The notes under the pieces were generated by a model. It was given only the letters and a program-made list of their open reading frames with translations, was not told the DNA's origin and ran no database searches. A stretch of DNA of 64,000 bases. Source: Alphaproteobacteria bacterium. GTDB taxonomy: Bacteria > Pseudomonadota > Alphaproteobacteria > SHVP01. The stretch covers positions 29,359-93,358 of the forward strand of contig CANJEJ010000002.1 in assembly GCA_947473325.1 (NCBI GenBank), given 5' to 3'. Every line of letters starts with the position of its first letter. The first letter of the stretch is position 1. Below are positions 27,959 to 37,523 of this stretch, in pieces. A program made the translations under genes and the position numbers.

Positions 27959-29289
27959 GCATCACGCAGACGCTTGCCGAAGAAGTGGTGGCGACTGCCT
28001 ATGACGGCGTGCCGGAAGCAGCGCGGCTGCAGGTCCGCCGCCTGATCGCCGACCAGGTGGGCGTCGCCTTCCTCGGCGCCCGGCTGACGGGTGCTGCCTA
28101 TGAGGGCTACGCCCGGGCGCTCGGCGGCACGCCGAATGCCGTGCTCATGGGCTCGGGCGTGCGCGTGCCGGCCGAGCTCGCTGCCGGCATCAACGCCCAG
28201 GTCTGCCGCAACACGGACTACGAGGAAACAGGACCCGGCCTTCACGCCGGTCCGGTCGTTGCCATGACGGCGCTGGCGGTGGGCGAGCGGGTCGGCGCCA
28301 GCGGGCGCGACATCGTTGCCGCGGCGGCCCTGGGCTATGAGCTCAACGCGCGCTTCTTCTTCGCGCGCCGCGACGGCGATATCCGCCATCTCGGTGTCAC
28401 GGCCGCCGCCATCTCGGCGCGCCTTCTCGGCCTCGACGCATCGGCAACCAACCGGGTGCTCGGTCTTGCCTGGGAGCTGCCGTCGAAGTCGGTTGTCTAC
28501 CAGGTGCCGAAGACGCCGAAGCGGGTCAGCCGTCTCGGCATGGCCAATGTTGTTTCGGCGCGTCAGGGAGTTCAGGCGGCGATGCTGGTGCAGCAGGGCT
28601 TCGATGCGCTGCCTGACGAGCTTGATACGTTGGCAGACCAGTACGACCTTGCCGCGCTGACTCATTCGCCCGCGCCATACCAGCACACGGCAACGCAACT
28701 GATGCTGAAGCCCTGGCCGGCCAGCCGGCTGTGCCATGGCGCTATCCAGTTGGGCCAGCGGATGATGGCGGAACACGCGCTGAAACCCGAGCAGATTGAA
28801 CGGGTGGTGCTCGGCCTTGCGGACATTTACCTGATGCCGCACCAGAACGACCCGGCGCCGGAGGACTACTGGCAGGCGATCTATTCCGTGCAATGGAACC
28901 TGGCCATGGCGCTGCTCGGCGTGCCGCCCGGCCCGGCCTGGTCCGATGCAACGCGGTTGCGCGATCCCGCGGCCCGCGCGCTCGCCGCCCGCGTCGAGCT
29001 CATGGAAGACCCGGAAGCCACGCGGGTGATGCGCACGCTGCGCTGGCTCGACCTGCCCAACAGCATCGAACTGCATGCCGCTGGCCGTGTCTTCCGCGAC
29101 CGGATTCTGTTTCACGATGTCTTGGGCAGCCCGGATACGCCAATGCCGCCGGCAATGTTCGACGGCAAGTTTCTCGGACTGGTCACACCCGCGCTGGGGG
29201 CCGGACGGGCGGCACAACTGCTCGCGGCGCTGCATGCGATCGAGGAAGTCGAGGATATCCGCACCATCACCCAGCTGATGGTTGAGTAG
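27955..29289 (+). CDS. MmgE/PrpD-family protein (2-methylcitrate dehydratase superfamily)
   Basis: 444 aa with MmgE/PrpD fold signatures. ATGA overlap with the upstream peptidase. Confidence 0.8.
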   Translation: MSITQTLAEEVVATAYDGVPEAARLQVRRLIADQVGVAFLGARLTGAAYEGYARALGGTPNAVLMGSGVRVPAELAAGINAQVCRNTDYEETGPGLHAGPVVAMTALAVGERVGASGRDIVAAAALGYELNARFFFARRDGDIRHLGVTAAAISARLLGLDASATNRVLGLAWELPSKSVVYQVPKTPKRVSRLGMANVVSARQGVQAAMLVQQGFDALPDELDTLADQYDLAALTHSPAPYQHTATQLMLKPWPASRLCHGAIQLGQRMMAEHALKPEQIERVVLGLADIYLMPHQNDPAPEDYWQAIYSVQWNLAMALLGVPPGPAWSDATRLRDPAARALAARVELMEDPEATRVMRTLRWLDLPNSIELHAAGRVFRDRILFHDVLGSPDTPMPPAMFDGKFLGLVTPALGAGRAAQLLAALHAIEEVEDIRTITQLMVE

Positions 29290-29302
29290 CCGGGGAAGCA
29301 GC

Positions 29303-29686
29303 GTGACGAAGAATTTCGCCTATTGGAGCGACGATCCGCCGATGGTGCGGAAACTCGTCGGCTTGACGCGGGAAGGGCGCAAGCTCGCAACCGTGCGGCC
29401 AGCGTCGTCCTGGCTGGCGCCGATCACGCAATGGGATGACGTTCCCTACACGGAGGGCGAGGAGGCGGTGCTGCGCGACCTCGACGGCACGGCGCATCTA
29501 CGCGTCCGCTTCACCGACATCTACGGGACGACGCTTAACACCATCCCCGAGAAGCTGTGGCGCGACGAGTTCGAGCCAAGCGCGGAGGAGTTCCGCCGCG
29601 TCCACCACGTCGCCTGGGATCCGCTCGGCATCACCGGAGATACCCCGCTGATGGCGATCCACTTCGAGGTTCTCGGGCCCGCCTGA
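29303..29686 (+). CDS. hypothetical small protein (possible ASCH-like domain), GTG start
   Basis: ORF 29282..29686 with GTG at 29303 after a GGGGAAG SD, immediately downstream of the PrpD stop. Domain assignment is weak. Confidence 0.4.
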   Translation: MTKNFAYWSDDPPMVRKLVGLTREGRKLATVRPASSWLAPITQWDDVPYTEGEEAVLRDLDGTAHLRVRFTDIYGTTLNTIPEKLWRDEFEPSAEEFRRVHHVAWDPLGITGDTPLMAIHFEVLGPA

Positions 29687-29687
29687 G

Positions 29688-30152
29688 CTATTCCGACACC
29701 GGAACGGCGCGGCTGGTGAAGGCGATGGACTGGCTGCCGCGCACCGACACATTGACCGATTCGACCAGCGGCGGGCTGACCGGCTGGTCGGATTCCCAGC
29801 CGACCAGGAAATTGGCGCCCGAGCCGCCCCTGGTGTCGCGCACTTCGACGAAATATTCGACCGTCGCCATGGGCGGGATCATGCGCGCGGCTGGTTGGTG
29901 GTTGCGCAGCAGCTTGCCGTCGGTGTCGTAGTAGCGCGCGAAGAGCAGGCGCAGGGGATAGGCGGGGTCGGTGTTGCGCACGCTCACCACCGCCGACAGC
30001 AGAACCTGGTCTGGTGTGCCATTGCCCGACAGGTTGCCGTGCGGCAGGTGCGAATAGACCGGGACATAGAGCGTCTCGCCGCTCTTGCGCTCCTGCGCCA
30101 GCGCCGCGATGGCGGCGAGGATGAGCGCGATGGCGAGCAGGCCGCGCTTCAT
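29688..30152 (-). CDS. secreted protein of unknown function (DUF3124-like)
   Basis: 154 aa. Signal peptide (MKRGLLAIALILAAIAALA). YVPVYSH motif. Confidence 0.55.
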   Translation of the reverse strand: MKRGLLAIALILAAIAALAQERKSGETLYVPVYSHLPHGNLSGNGTPDQVLLSAVVSVRNTDPAYPLRLLFARYYDTDGKLLRNHQPAARMIPPMATVEYFVEVRDTRGGSGANFLVGWESDQPVSPPLVESVNVSVRGSQSIAFTSRAVPVSE

Positions 30153-30979
30153 TGCGCTTTCCCGTCGAGCCAGGCGGCGATGGCGCGGCCCTTGGCTTCC
30201 TGCGAATCGTCGCCATGCGGCAGCGCCAGCAGTGTCGCGCCGGGAATCACCGCCGCCGTCGGCGCCATGTCGGCGAACACCTCGAGGTCGGGCTGGTACA
30301 GCACGGCGGTTGGCACCTTCAGCTGTGCAACGCGCTCTTCGCGCGGCCAGGACATGGCCGCGCCGTAGGAGCGGTTGAAGGTGGCGGCCGAGGTCAGGAG
30401 TTCGACCGTCATGTCATGCATGCGTTCCGGCGAAGGCTGGCTGAACTTTCGCCGATGCGCCGCGTCGCGCGACCACCAGGGATAGAAGATGAAATGGTCG
30501 TGCATGACCTGCCAGGCCCAGCGGAACTGGCTGCCGATCGCATCGGGCTTGGGTGGCGGCTCGCCGCTGCTGCCGGTGGCGCGTGCCGGGCCTGGCACCG
30601 CGAGCTCGTCAATGATCAGGTGCCGGACGCGGTCGGGTGCGGTGAGTGCCAGCTCCGTGGCAATCATTGAGCCGGTGCGCACGCCATACAGGTCGCAGTC
30701 GGCAATGCCCATCGTGTCGAGCAGGCGGCGCAGCGCGTCGGCGAAATAGGCGATGCCGGGGTTCTCGATGCCCGGCGCGCAGGATGATCCGTTGCCCAGC
30801 GTGTCGGGCGCGATGACAGGCCGCGTCTTGCCCAGTTCCTCGACCAGTGGCAGCAGGAAGCCACTTGCCACGGGCGACATGTGGATGGCGATCAGCGGGC
30901 GCCGGGCGGGCGAACCCACGGTGCGGCGCAGGTGGACCTGGCCCTCGGCGATGCGGACAAATTCGCGGTCGATATGCAT
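30149..30979 (-). CDS. alpha/beta-hydrolase-fold protein with non-canonical nucleophile motif (G-V-R-T-G-S), family member 1
   Basis: 276 aa. HxxP oxyanion region (IAIHMSP), GQVHLRR N-terminal motif. Arg at the nucleophile-elbow position. Confidence 0.65.
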   Translation of the reverse strand: MHIDREFVRIAEGQVHLRRTVGSPARRPLIAIHMSPVASGFLLPLVEELGKTRPVIAPDTLGNGSSCAPGIENPGIAYFADALRRLLDTMGIADCDLYGVRTGSMIATELALTAPDRVRHLIIDELAVPGPARATGSSGEPPPKPDAIGSQFRWAWQVMHDHFIFYPWWSRDAAHRRKFSQPSPERMHDMTVELLTSAATFNRSYGAAMSWPREERVAQLKVPTAVLYQPDLEVFADMAPTAAVIPGATLLALPHGDDSQEAKGRAIAAWLDGKAQ

Positions 30980-31061
30980 GGCCCAAGTTTCGCACGGCCG
31001 GGTGGACGCCGTCGCGTCCTTTAGGTCATGGTTGCAGCCATAGTTTCAAAAGGGGTCGTTG

Positions 31062-32468
31062 ATGGACTGGGACGTAATCGTGGTCGGCGCCGGTACGGCG
31101 GGCATGCCGCTCGCCATCTTTGCGGCGAAGCGGGGCGCCCGCGTGCTGGTGCTGGAACAGGCCGCCACCATCGGCGGCACGCTGCCGGTCTCGGCCGGGC
31201 AGGTCAGCGCCGCCGGAACGCGGCTGCAGGCCGAACGCGGCATCGTCGATTCGCCCGACATCCACTATGCCGACGTGGTCCGCATCTCCAATGGCAACAC
31301 CACGCATGCCTTCGCGCGCCTTGCCGCCGACAATTCTGCCGACACACTGCACTGGCTGCTCGATCTCGGCTGGACGCCAATGGCGGAACATCCCGTCAAG
31401 TTCGGACACAACCCCTATTCCGTGCCGCGCACCTATTGGGGCGTGAATGCGGGTCATGACCTGATGGCGGCGGTGGAGCCCGAATTCCGGCGCGCCATCG
31501 CAACCGGCCATGTGACCTTGCGCGTCAGCACCCCGGTGATCGACCTCATCCAGAACGAAGACGGCACAGTCACCGGCGTGGTGGCGCGCGAAGCCGGCAA
31601 GGCCGAAGAACGCATCACCGCGCCCAATGTCGTGCTCGCCACCGGCGGCTATGGCGCCAGCAAGGCGCTGTTCCCGCTGTTTACCAACGGCCTGCCCGGC
31701 TTTGGCTGGGCCAACCCCACCTCCAACGGCAGCGGCCATGTGCTGGCGCTGAAGGCCGGCGGCCAGGTGAAGCGGCAGGACTTCTTCCTGCCGCGCTGGG
31801 CCGGTGTGGAAAACCCGCACGATCCCGCCCGTGCCGAACGCTACACGGAAATGGCGCCGGCACGCCGCCTGCCCTGGGAAATCTGCGTCGATCGCAGGGG
31901 CCGCCGCTTCGTCGCGGAAGACCGTATCAGCCCGGACGAACGCGAGCGTGCGCTCCTCACCGTGCCGGACCTGACCTTCTGGGTGGTCTATGACGCGCGC
32001 ATCCGGCGCGAAGCGCCGCCGCTGTTCGACAGGCCGCCGGAACCCGGCCTCGACCACTGGCTTGGCCGGCATCCCGCCTATTGCGTGGGCGATACGCTCG
32101 ACGCCGTGGCGAGGGCTGCGGGCATCGATCCAGCCGGTCTCGCGCAGACGGTGGCCGACTACAACGGCTCGGTGAAAACCGGCAAGGACGCATTTGGGCG
32201 GACGCACATGCCGCTGCCGATCGCTGAAGGCCCGTTCTACGCCATCAAGCACCATGGCGCGGGCGCGACGACGATTCCCGGCATCGAGGTGGACACGGAC
32301 ATGCGCGTGCTGCGCGCCGATGGCTCGGCTGTTCCCGGGCTCTATGCCGCCGGCGAGATCCTCGGCATGGGCCTGCACTCGGGCGACGCCTTTGTCGGCG
32401 GCATGGGGTTGATGCCGGCGCTCACCTATGGCCGGCTGCTCGGAGAACGCCTGTTGAACTGGCGCTAA
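31062..32468 (+). CDS. FAD-dependent oxidoreductase (fumarate-reductase / 3-ketosteroid-dehydrogenase-like flavoprotein)
   Basis: N-terminal DVIVVGAGTAG dinucleotide-binding motif. C-terminal motif typical of the FRD/SDH flavoprotein family. ATG at 31062 chosen over TTG at 31059. Confidence 0.8.
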   Translation: MDWDVIVVGAGTAGMPLAIFAAKRGARVLVLEQAATIGGTLPVSAGQVSAAGTRLQAERGIVDSPDIHYADVVRISNGNTTHAFARLAADNSADTLHWLLDLGWTPMAEHPVKFGHNPYSVPRTYWGVNAGHDLMAAVEPEFRRAIATGHVTLRVSTPVIDLIQNEDGTVTGVVAREAGKAEERITAPNVVLATGGYGASKALFPLFTNGLPGFGWANPTSNGSGHVLALKAGGQVKRQDFFLPRWAGVENPHDPARAERYTEMAPARRLPWEICVDRRGRRFVAEDRISPDERERALLTVPDLTFWVVYDARIRREAPPLFDRPPEPGLDHWLGRHPAYCVGDTLDAVARAAGIDPAGLAQTVADYNGSVKTGKDAFGRTHMPLPIAEGPFYAIKHHGAGATTIPGIEVDTDMRVLRADGSAVPGLYAAGEILGMGLHSGDAFVGGMGLMPALTYGRLLGERLLNWR

Positions 32469-33706
32469 GCCGCCGCCCGCTTCCGCATTTCGGCGCGCAG
32501 CGGGATCAGCAGAAGGAACAGGAAGGCCGCGACGCCGACCAGGAAACTGAGCGCAGCGTCGAAACCGCCGGTCACGTCCGCCAGCCAGCCGATGGACAGC
32601 GGGCCCAGCACGCCGCCGATCTCGGCCGCCGAGAAGAAGAGCCCGCCGGCAGCACCCATGTGGCGCGGATCGACGCCACGGGTTTCCATCAGGATCAGCA
32701 TGGCGATGGTCATCATGGTCTGGCGCGTGGCGCCCTGCAGGAACAGGCCGCCGAACAGCGCCGGCTCTGCCGAGCTGTGCAGCAGGAAGGCCGAGAAGCC
32801 GGCCGCGATATAGAGCACCGCCAGGATCCAGAGCCGGCGGGACGGGATAGCCAGCCGCGGAATCGTCAGCGCGGAAGCAATGCCGACAAGCACCGGCACG
32901 GACGCCCAGAAGCCGGCACGCGCCGCGCTCATGCCGTGGTCCTGCAGGATCGCGGGCAGCCAGTTGTTCAGGCCATGGCTGAAGAAAAAGGAACCCAGCC
33001 CGGTGAGGAGCAGAATCTGTACCGCGCGCATCTTCAGCAGGGCGAGAAAGACGCTGAGCTGTGGCGTCTTGGGTGCGGCGGCTTCGTGCCTTTCGCGCGC
33101 GCGGACTTCCTGGTGCGAAGCAATGACCCACCACAGCCCGCCCGCGGCGAAGATGACCAGCGCATAGGTCAGCATCACCAGATGCCAGTCATTGTCGAAC
33201 AGCGGCATGAGCACGGCGTAGGTCAGCGACAGGGACAGCATGCCGCCGACCGAAGGTCCGCTCATGTAGATGCCCATGGCAAAGCCGCGTTCCTTGCCGC
33301 CGAACCACTGGGCGATCAGCTTGGGGGCGCCGATCGACACTAGCGGCGCGCCGAAGCCGAACACCGCCACCGCGAAGAACAGCATCGCATAGTCATAGGA
33401 TACGGCGCGCAGCAGCCCCGACACGCCCATCACGGCGGCGCAGAGCAGCAGGCCCCGGCGCAGGCCGATACGGTCAAGAAGAGCGCCGAGCGGGATCGCG
33501 GTGACGACATAGACGAGTGGCCAGGCGCCCAGGATGCTGCCCATCGCCGCCTGGCTGAGCCCCAGTTCGGCGATGATCAGCTTGACGAGCGGGGCCATCG
33601 CCGAAGACAGCAGGCCGAAGGAGCCGTAGATGACCCACACGCCCGCCAGCATCGCCCAGCGATGCGGATGGAGCAGGGCGGGCGCGGCCGGTGCGGCGCT
33701 GGTCAT
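32465..33706 (-). CDS. MFS transporter
   Basis: 413 aa, 12 predicted TM helices, MFS signature between TM2 and TM3. Confidence 0.85.
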   Translation of the reverse strand: MTSAAPAAPALLHPHRWAMLAGVWVIYGSFGLLSSAMAPLVKLIIAELGLSQAAMGSILGAWPLVYVVTAIPLGALLDRIGLRRGLLLCAAVMGVSGLLRAVSYDYAMLFFAVAVFGFGAPLVSIGAPKLIAQWFGGKERGFAMGIYMSGPSVGGMLSLSLTYAVLMPLFDNDWHLVMLTYALVIFAAGGLWWVIASHQEVRARERHEAAAPKTPQLSVFLALLKMRAVQILLLTGLGSFFFSHGLNNWLPAILQDHGMSAARAGFWASVPVLVGIASALTIPRLAIPSRRLWILAVLYIAAGFSAFLLHSSAEPALFGGLFLQGATRQTMMTIAMLILMETRGVDPRHMGAAGGLFFSAAEIGGVLGPLSIGWLADVTGGFDAALSFLVGVAAFLFLLLIPLRAEMRKRAAA

Positions 33707-33765
33707 GAGCTCACGGGGAAAATCGGCCCGGCGTGCGCCGGGCCGTCAGGAAACGGAAAATTCGA

Positions 33766-34593
33766 TCAGGCGAGTTCGTGCCCGACGCAGAGCAGTTCGG
33801 CACCGATCTCCGACGCCGCGCCAGCTTCGAAGCCCAGGGCGGCAGGGCCGGTCCACTCCACCCAGCCCCCTTCCTTCAGGTCAAAGCGCGTGCCGGATTT
33901 GGCATCGGCCGTCGGGTAAACCCAGACCGGCGCGTCGCCATGCAGCCCATAGATCCAGCGCCGCACCGGCTGAACATCGCCCCGCTTCATGCCGGCTTCC
34001 GGCTGCCAGCCGGGCGGAATATGCACGATGACGACGGGGTGATAGCCGGGCACGGGCGACTTGCCGCCGATAGACAGGCGCTTGATCTTCCAGCCCTTGA
34101 CGCGCGGATGCGGCTCCCAGGGCAGCTTTTCCGTGTCACCAACATGGGCAGGATTGTAGTCGGTGCCCAATGCGGCGAGGTCGCCTTCGAAGGGGATGTA
34201 GTTGAAGGACAAGGGCCCGGTGCCCCATTCCAGCAGGAAGCAGCCCAGCGTGGTGACCGGGTCGATCGACATGCCATGGATGCTGCGTGGCGGCCGGTCG
34301 AGCAGCTGGCCTTCCTTGAAGTTGATCGGCCTGCCCTTGGTCATCGTCGGGCCGTCATATTCCACATAAGGCACGTTGCCGAACATGATGTAGACGAACT
34401 CGCGCGTCGGGCCGTGATGGTGCCGCGTGTGCTTCGGCATCTTGAAGCCGGTCGGCACGAAGGCAACCTTCAGGTTCTCGCCGGTCTCCTTGTTCTCGAT
34501 CAGTGTCTTGGCATAGGTGCCGGGATATTGCGGGTGCCACGGCTCCCACGGCATGGCCTTGGTATCAACGAAACGAAACGGCTCGGCGCCCAT
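33766..34593 (-). CDS. bicupin-domain protein of unknown function (paralog of 16048..16866)
   Basis: 275 aa. Shares MPW, LEWGTGP and LLCVGHELA motifs with 16048..16866. Confidence 0.6.
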   Translation of the reverse strand: MGAEPFRFVDTKAMPWEPWHPQYPGTYAKTLIENKETGENLKVAFVPTGFKMPKHTRHHHGPTREFVYIMFGNVPYVEYDGPTMTKGRPINFKEGQLLDRPPRSIHGMSIDPVTTLGCFLLEWGTGPLSFNYIPFEGDLAALGTDYNPAHVGDTEKLPWEPHPRVKGWKIKRLSIGGKSPVPGYHPVVIVHIPPGWQPEAGMKRGDVQPVRRWIYGLHGDAPVWVYPTADAKSGTRFDLKEGGWVEWTGPAALGFEAGAASEIGAELLCVGHELA

Positions 34594-34668
34594 CTGTCAC
34601 TCCCCGTGCTTTTCTTACTCTGTGTATACATGGACTGTAGGGAGCGGCCGGGGCGGGGGTCAACTGCT

Positions 34669-35412
34669 TCAACTGCCGCTGGCGGGCTGGGTCATGCCAT
34701 AGGGCTTGGCCGCCGTCTGCTGGGTGACAATCGGGAGCGTGCTGCCGTCGGGTTCGAAGAACTTGCCGGTGTCGGCGAGCGTCAGGCGGTCGATCACGCC
34801 CCACAGCAGGCCGGCGCTTTCGTCGGCGGTCAGGGCACCGGTGTTGCCGGTCGCCCGCGTCGCCACCCAGCCGGGATGGGCGCAGGCGCAGATGATGCCG
34901 CGCGGGCGCAGCGCCAGCGCGCATTGATAGACGACCTGCGTCTGCGCCGACTTGCTCGAGCGCGATTCGATATGGCCGAAGGCGGGCGTCGGGCCGACGC
35001 GGCTGGCGATGAAAAACATGGTCTTCCGTTGGCTTGCAGCGACATGGTCGGCGAAGCGTTCGGCCAGGCGCATGGGCGCCATCGAGTTGACGCGGAAATG
35101 CTCGGCCCAGCTTTCGTAGTCGGTTTCACCGAACGGGTTGGCCCTGGCCCAGGTGACGGCGCCATTGCTCAGCAGCACGTCGATCGGTGTGCCGGCGAGG
35201 CTCGCGGCGATGCCGTCGATGGCGGCGAAGTCACCCAGGTCGAGGCGGTGCAGGCTCAGCTTTCCCGCCGATGATCCCGCCAGGGCCTGCAAATCCGAGG
35301 CCTTGTCCGGGTCGCGGGCCGTGGCCAGCACGCGATGGCCCAGCGCCAGCGCCTTTCTGGTCAGGCCAAGCCCCAGGCCGCGATTGGCCCCTGTAATCAA
35401 CACGGTGGACAT
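34669..35412 (-). CDS. SDR-family oxidoreductase (C-signal/CsgA-like subgroup)
   Basis: 247 aa. TGANRGLG Rossmann motif. Confidence 0.8.
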   Translation of the reverse strand: MSTVLITGANRGLGLGLTRKALALGHRVLATARDPDKASDLQALAGSSAGKLSLHRLDLGDFAAIDGIAASLAGTPIDVLLSNGAVTWARANPFGETDYESWAEHFRVNSMAPMRLAERFADHVAASQRKTMFFIASRVGPTPAFGHIESRSSKSAQTQVVYQCALALRPRGIICACAHPGWVATRATGNTGALTADESAGLLWGVIDRLTLADTGKFFEPDGSTLPIVTQQTAAKPYGMTQPASGS

Positions 35413-35482
35413 TGGCTCTCCCTTGGTTCGCGTTAGCCAGTCAGACTAGACTGGCGCTCCTCCCCTTGCGCCCGAGGTTGCC

Positions 35483-36625
35483 ATGCCTGTCCATGCCACG
35501 CATCCCATGTTTCCCGACGCCAACCATGACGAGCAGGCGCGGCAGGATTTCATCCGCCTCTTCAAGCTGTCGGTGCAGCGCGACATCGGCACCGGCAACA
35601 AGCGGCTCTACGAGGCCAAGGTGAAGCCCGACTTCGCCCGCCGCACCGGCCGCGCGCCGAAGTCGCGGCGCGAGGTGCGCCAGGCGATGCAGGCGGAACC
35701 CTATACCCAGATGTGGAGCGCGCTGCTGCGCACCTCGCAGGAAATGCTCTACGACACGGTCGGGCCGTCGATCGAACGCCAGTTGCCCGACCTCATCAGC
35801 AAGGCGAAAGCCTATGGCGACCGCCACGGCACGCTGTCGCTCGATCCGTCGGTGGCCGTGCCGCCCTACCACGCCGCGGTCAACATTCACTGCAAGCCAG
35901 GCGGCTACCACACCGAGCTGACGCAGGACGACCTGTTCGCCGGCGCCGAATATGACCGCACCGTGCACATGTACCTGATGGGCGCGATGGGACCGAACAA
36001 CGACGACCTCGGCCGTTCCGCCGCGCTATGGGTGAAGCAGCAGTATCCGCACCTGAAGGTACGCAAGGTCCTCGACATGGGTTGCACCATCGGCCATTCG
36101 ACGCTGGCCTGGTGCGACGTGTTCCCGGACGCCGAGATTCACGCCATCGACGTCGCCGCGCCCTGTCTGCGCTATGCCCATGCCCGGGCCGAGGCGATGG
36201 GCAAGCCCGCGCATTTCCACCAGATGAACGCCGAGAAGACGGCATTCGAAGCGGGCAGCTTCGATGTCGTCGTCTCGCACCTGATGATGCACGAAACCTC
36301 GTCCCAGGCGCTGCCGCGAATCTTCAAGGAGTGCCACCGCCTGCTGAAGCCGGGCGGCGTGATGCTGCATGTCGATGCGCGCAACGTGACGGGCGAGCCT
36401 TTCGACCAGTATCAGCAGGAATGGGACGCGCATTACAACAACGAGCCCTTCTTCGGCACGCTGCATGACACCGACCTGCAAAAGCTGTCGCGCGACGCGG
36501 GCTTCGCCAGGGAGAAGGTCTTCGAGCTCTGGATCCCGTCGCATTACAAGCCGCGATCCGGGACCGAACATCACATCAACGCGGCGATGAAGGGCGATTA
36601 CTTCATGTCGGGCGCGCAGAAGTAA
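35483..36625 (+). CDS. class I SAM-dependent methyltransferase (paralog 3 of 3)
   Basis: 380 aa. VLDMGCTIGHST motif. Same conserved blocks as 22394..23515 and 23560..24702. Confidence 0.75.
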   Translation: MPVHATHPMFPDANHDEQARQDFIRLFKLSVQRDIGTGNKRLYEAKVKPDFARRTGRAPKSRREVRQAMQAEPYTQMWSALLRTSQEMLYDTVGPSIERQLPDLISKAKAYGDRHGTLSLDPSVAVPPYHAAVNIHCKPGGYHTELTQDDLFAGAEYDRTVHMYLMGAMGPNNDDLGRSAALWVKQQYPHLKVRKVLDMGCTIGHSTLAWCDVFPDAEIHAIDVAAPCLRYAHARAEAMGKPAHFHQMNAEKTAFEAGSFDVVVSHLMMHETSSQALPRIFKECHRLLKPGGVMLHVDARNVTGEPFDQYQQEWDAHYNNEPFFGTLHDTDLQKLSRDAGFAREKVFELWIPSHYKPRSGTEHHINAAMKGDYFMSGAQK

Positions 36626-36642
36626 GTCCAGCGCCCGTTCGC

Positions 36643-36676
36643 GGAAAGGCCCGCCTGTCGCGGGCCTTTCGTTTCC
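36643..36676 (+). terminator. rho-independent terminator
   Basis: GAAAGGCCCGC-CTGTC-GCGGGCCTTTC stem-loop followed by GTTTCCC. Confidence 0.55.
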
Positions 36677-36687
36677 CGGGGTCTTTC

Positions 36688-37515
36688 ATGCATGACGTCC
36701 TCGCGCACGGCGCGCGCATTCCCGCCATCGGCCTTGGCACCTTCCGGCTCAAGGACGATCACGCGCGCCAGATGGTGGAACACGCCCTCCGCCACGGCTA
36801 TCGCCATGTCGACACCGCGCAGATGTATGGCAATGAAGCGGAGGTCGGCGACGGCATCGCCGCCGCGGGCGTACCGCGCGATTCGTTCTTCGTCACGACC
36901 AAGGTGTGGCCGGACAATTTTGCCGAGGGCACGCTGCAGAATTCGGTCGAGGAGAGTCTGAGGAAGCTGCGCCTGTCTGCCGTCGATCTCGTGCTGCTGC
37001 ACTGGCCGCGCTTCGACCGGCCGATGAAGGAAACGCTGAAGGCGCTCAACCAGGTCAAGCAGCGCGGCCTTGCCCGCCACATCGGCGTCAGCAACTTCAA
37101 CGTCGCGCTGCTGCGCGAGGCCTGGTCGCTGACGGATGAGCCGCTCGTCTGCAACCAGGTCGAGTATCATCCCTACCTCGACCAGGCACCGGTGCTGAAA
37201 GAGGTGCGGGCGCGCGGCATGGCGCTCACCGCCTATCAGCCGCTGTCGCTCGGCAAGGTGTTCGAGGATGATGTGCTGGTCGGGATCGCGAAGAAACATG
37301 GCAAGACAGCGGGGCAGGTGACGTTGCGCTGGCTGATCGACCAGCCCTCGGTTGCCGCCATTCCCAAGACCGGCACGCCGGCCCGGGCGGAGGAAAACCT
37401 CGCCCTCGACTTCACTCTCTCGCCGCAGGAGCAGCAGGCCATCACGGCCCTGCATCGCCCCAACGGACGCAACCTCAACCCCGCCCGCCTGGCGCCCGCA
37501 TGGGACAAGGCCTGA
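36688..37515 (+). CDS. aldo/keto reductase (2,5-diketo-D-gluconate-reductase-like)
   Basis: 275 aa. AKR catalytic tetrad context (D-Y-K-H), IGVSNF motif. Confidence 0.85.
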   Translation: MHDVLAHGARIPAIGLGTFRLKDDHARQMVEHALRHGYRHVDTAQMYGNEAEVGDGIAAAGVPRDSFFVTTKVWPDNFAEGTLQNSVEESLRKLRLSAVDLVLLHWPRFDRPMKETLKALNQVKQRGLARHIGVSNFNVALLREAWSLTDEPLVCNQVEYHPYLDQAPVLKEVRARGMALTAYQPLSLGKVFEDDVLVGIAKKHGKTAGQVTLRWLIDQPSVAAIPKTGTPARAEENLALDFTLSPQEQQAITALHRPNGRNLNPARLAPAWDKA

Positions 37516-37523
37516 AGGATGCC

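Noticed and set aside
36687-36720. One-nucleotide disagreement between my manual position count and the ORF track at the start of AKR 36688..37515
   Set aside because: The ORF track coordinates were used for all CDS boundaries. Positions of hand-read DNA motifs may be off by 1-2 nt.
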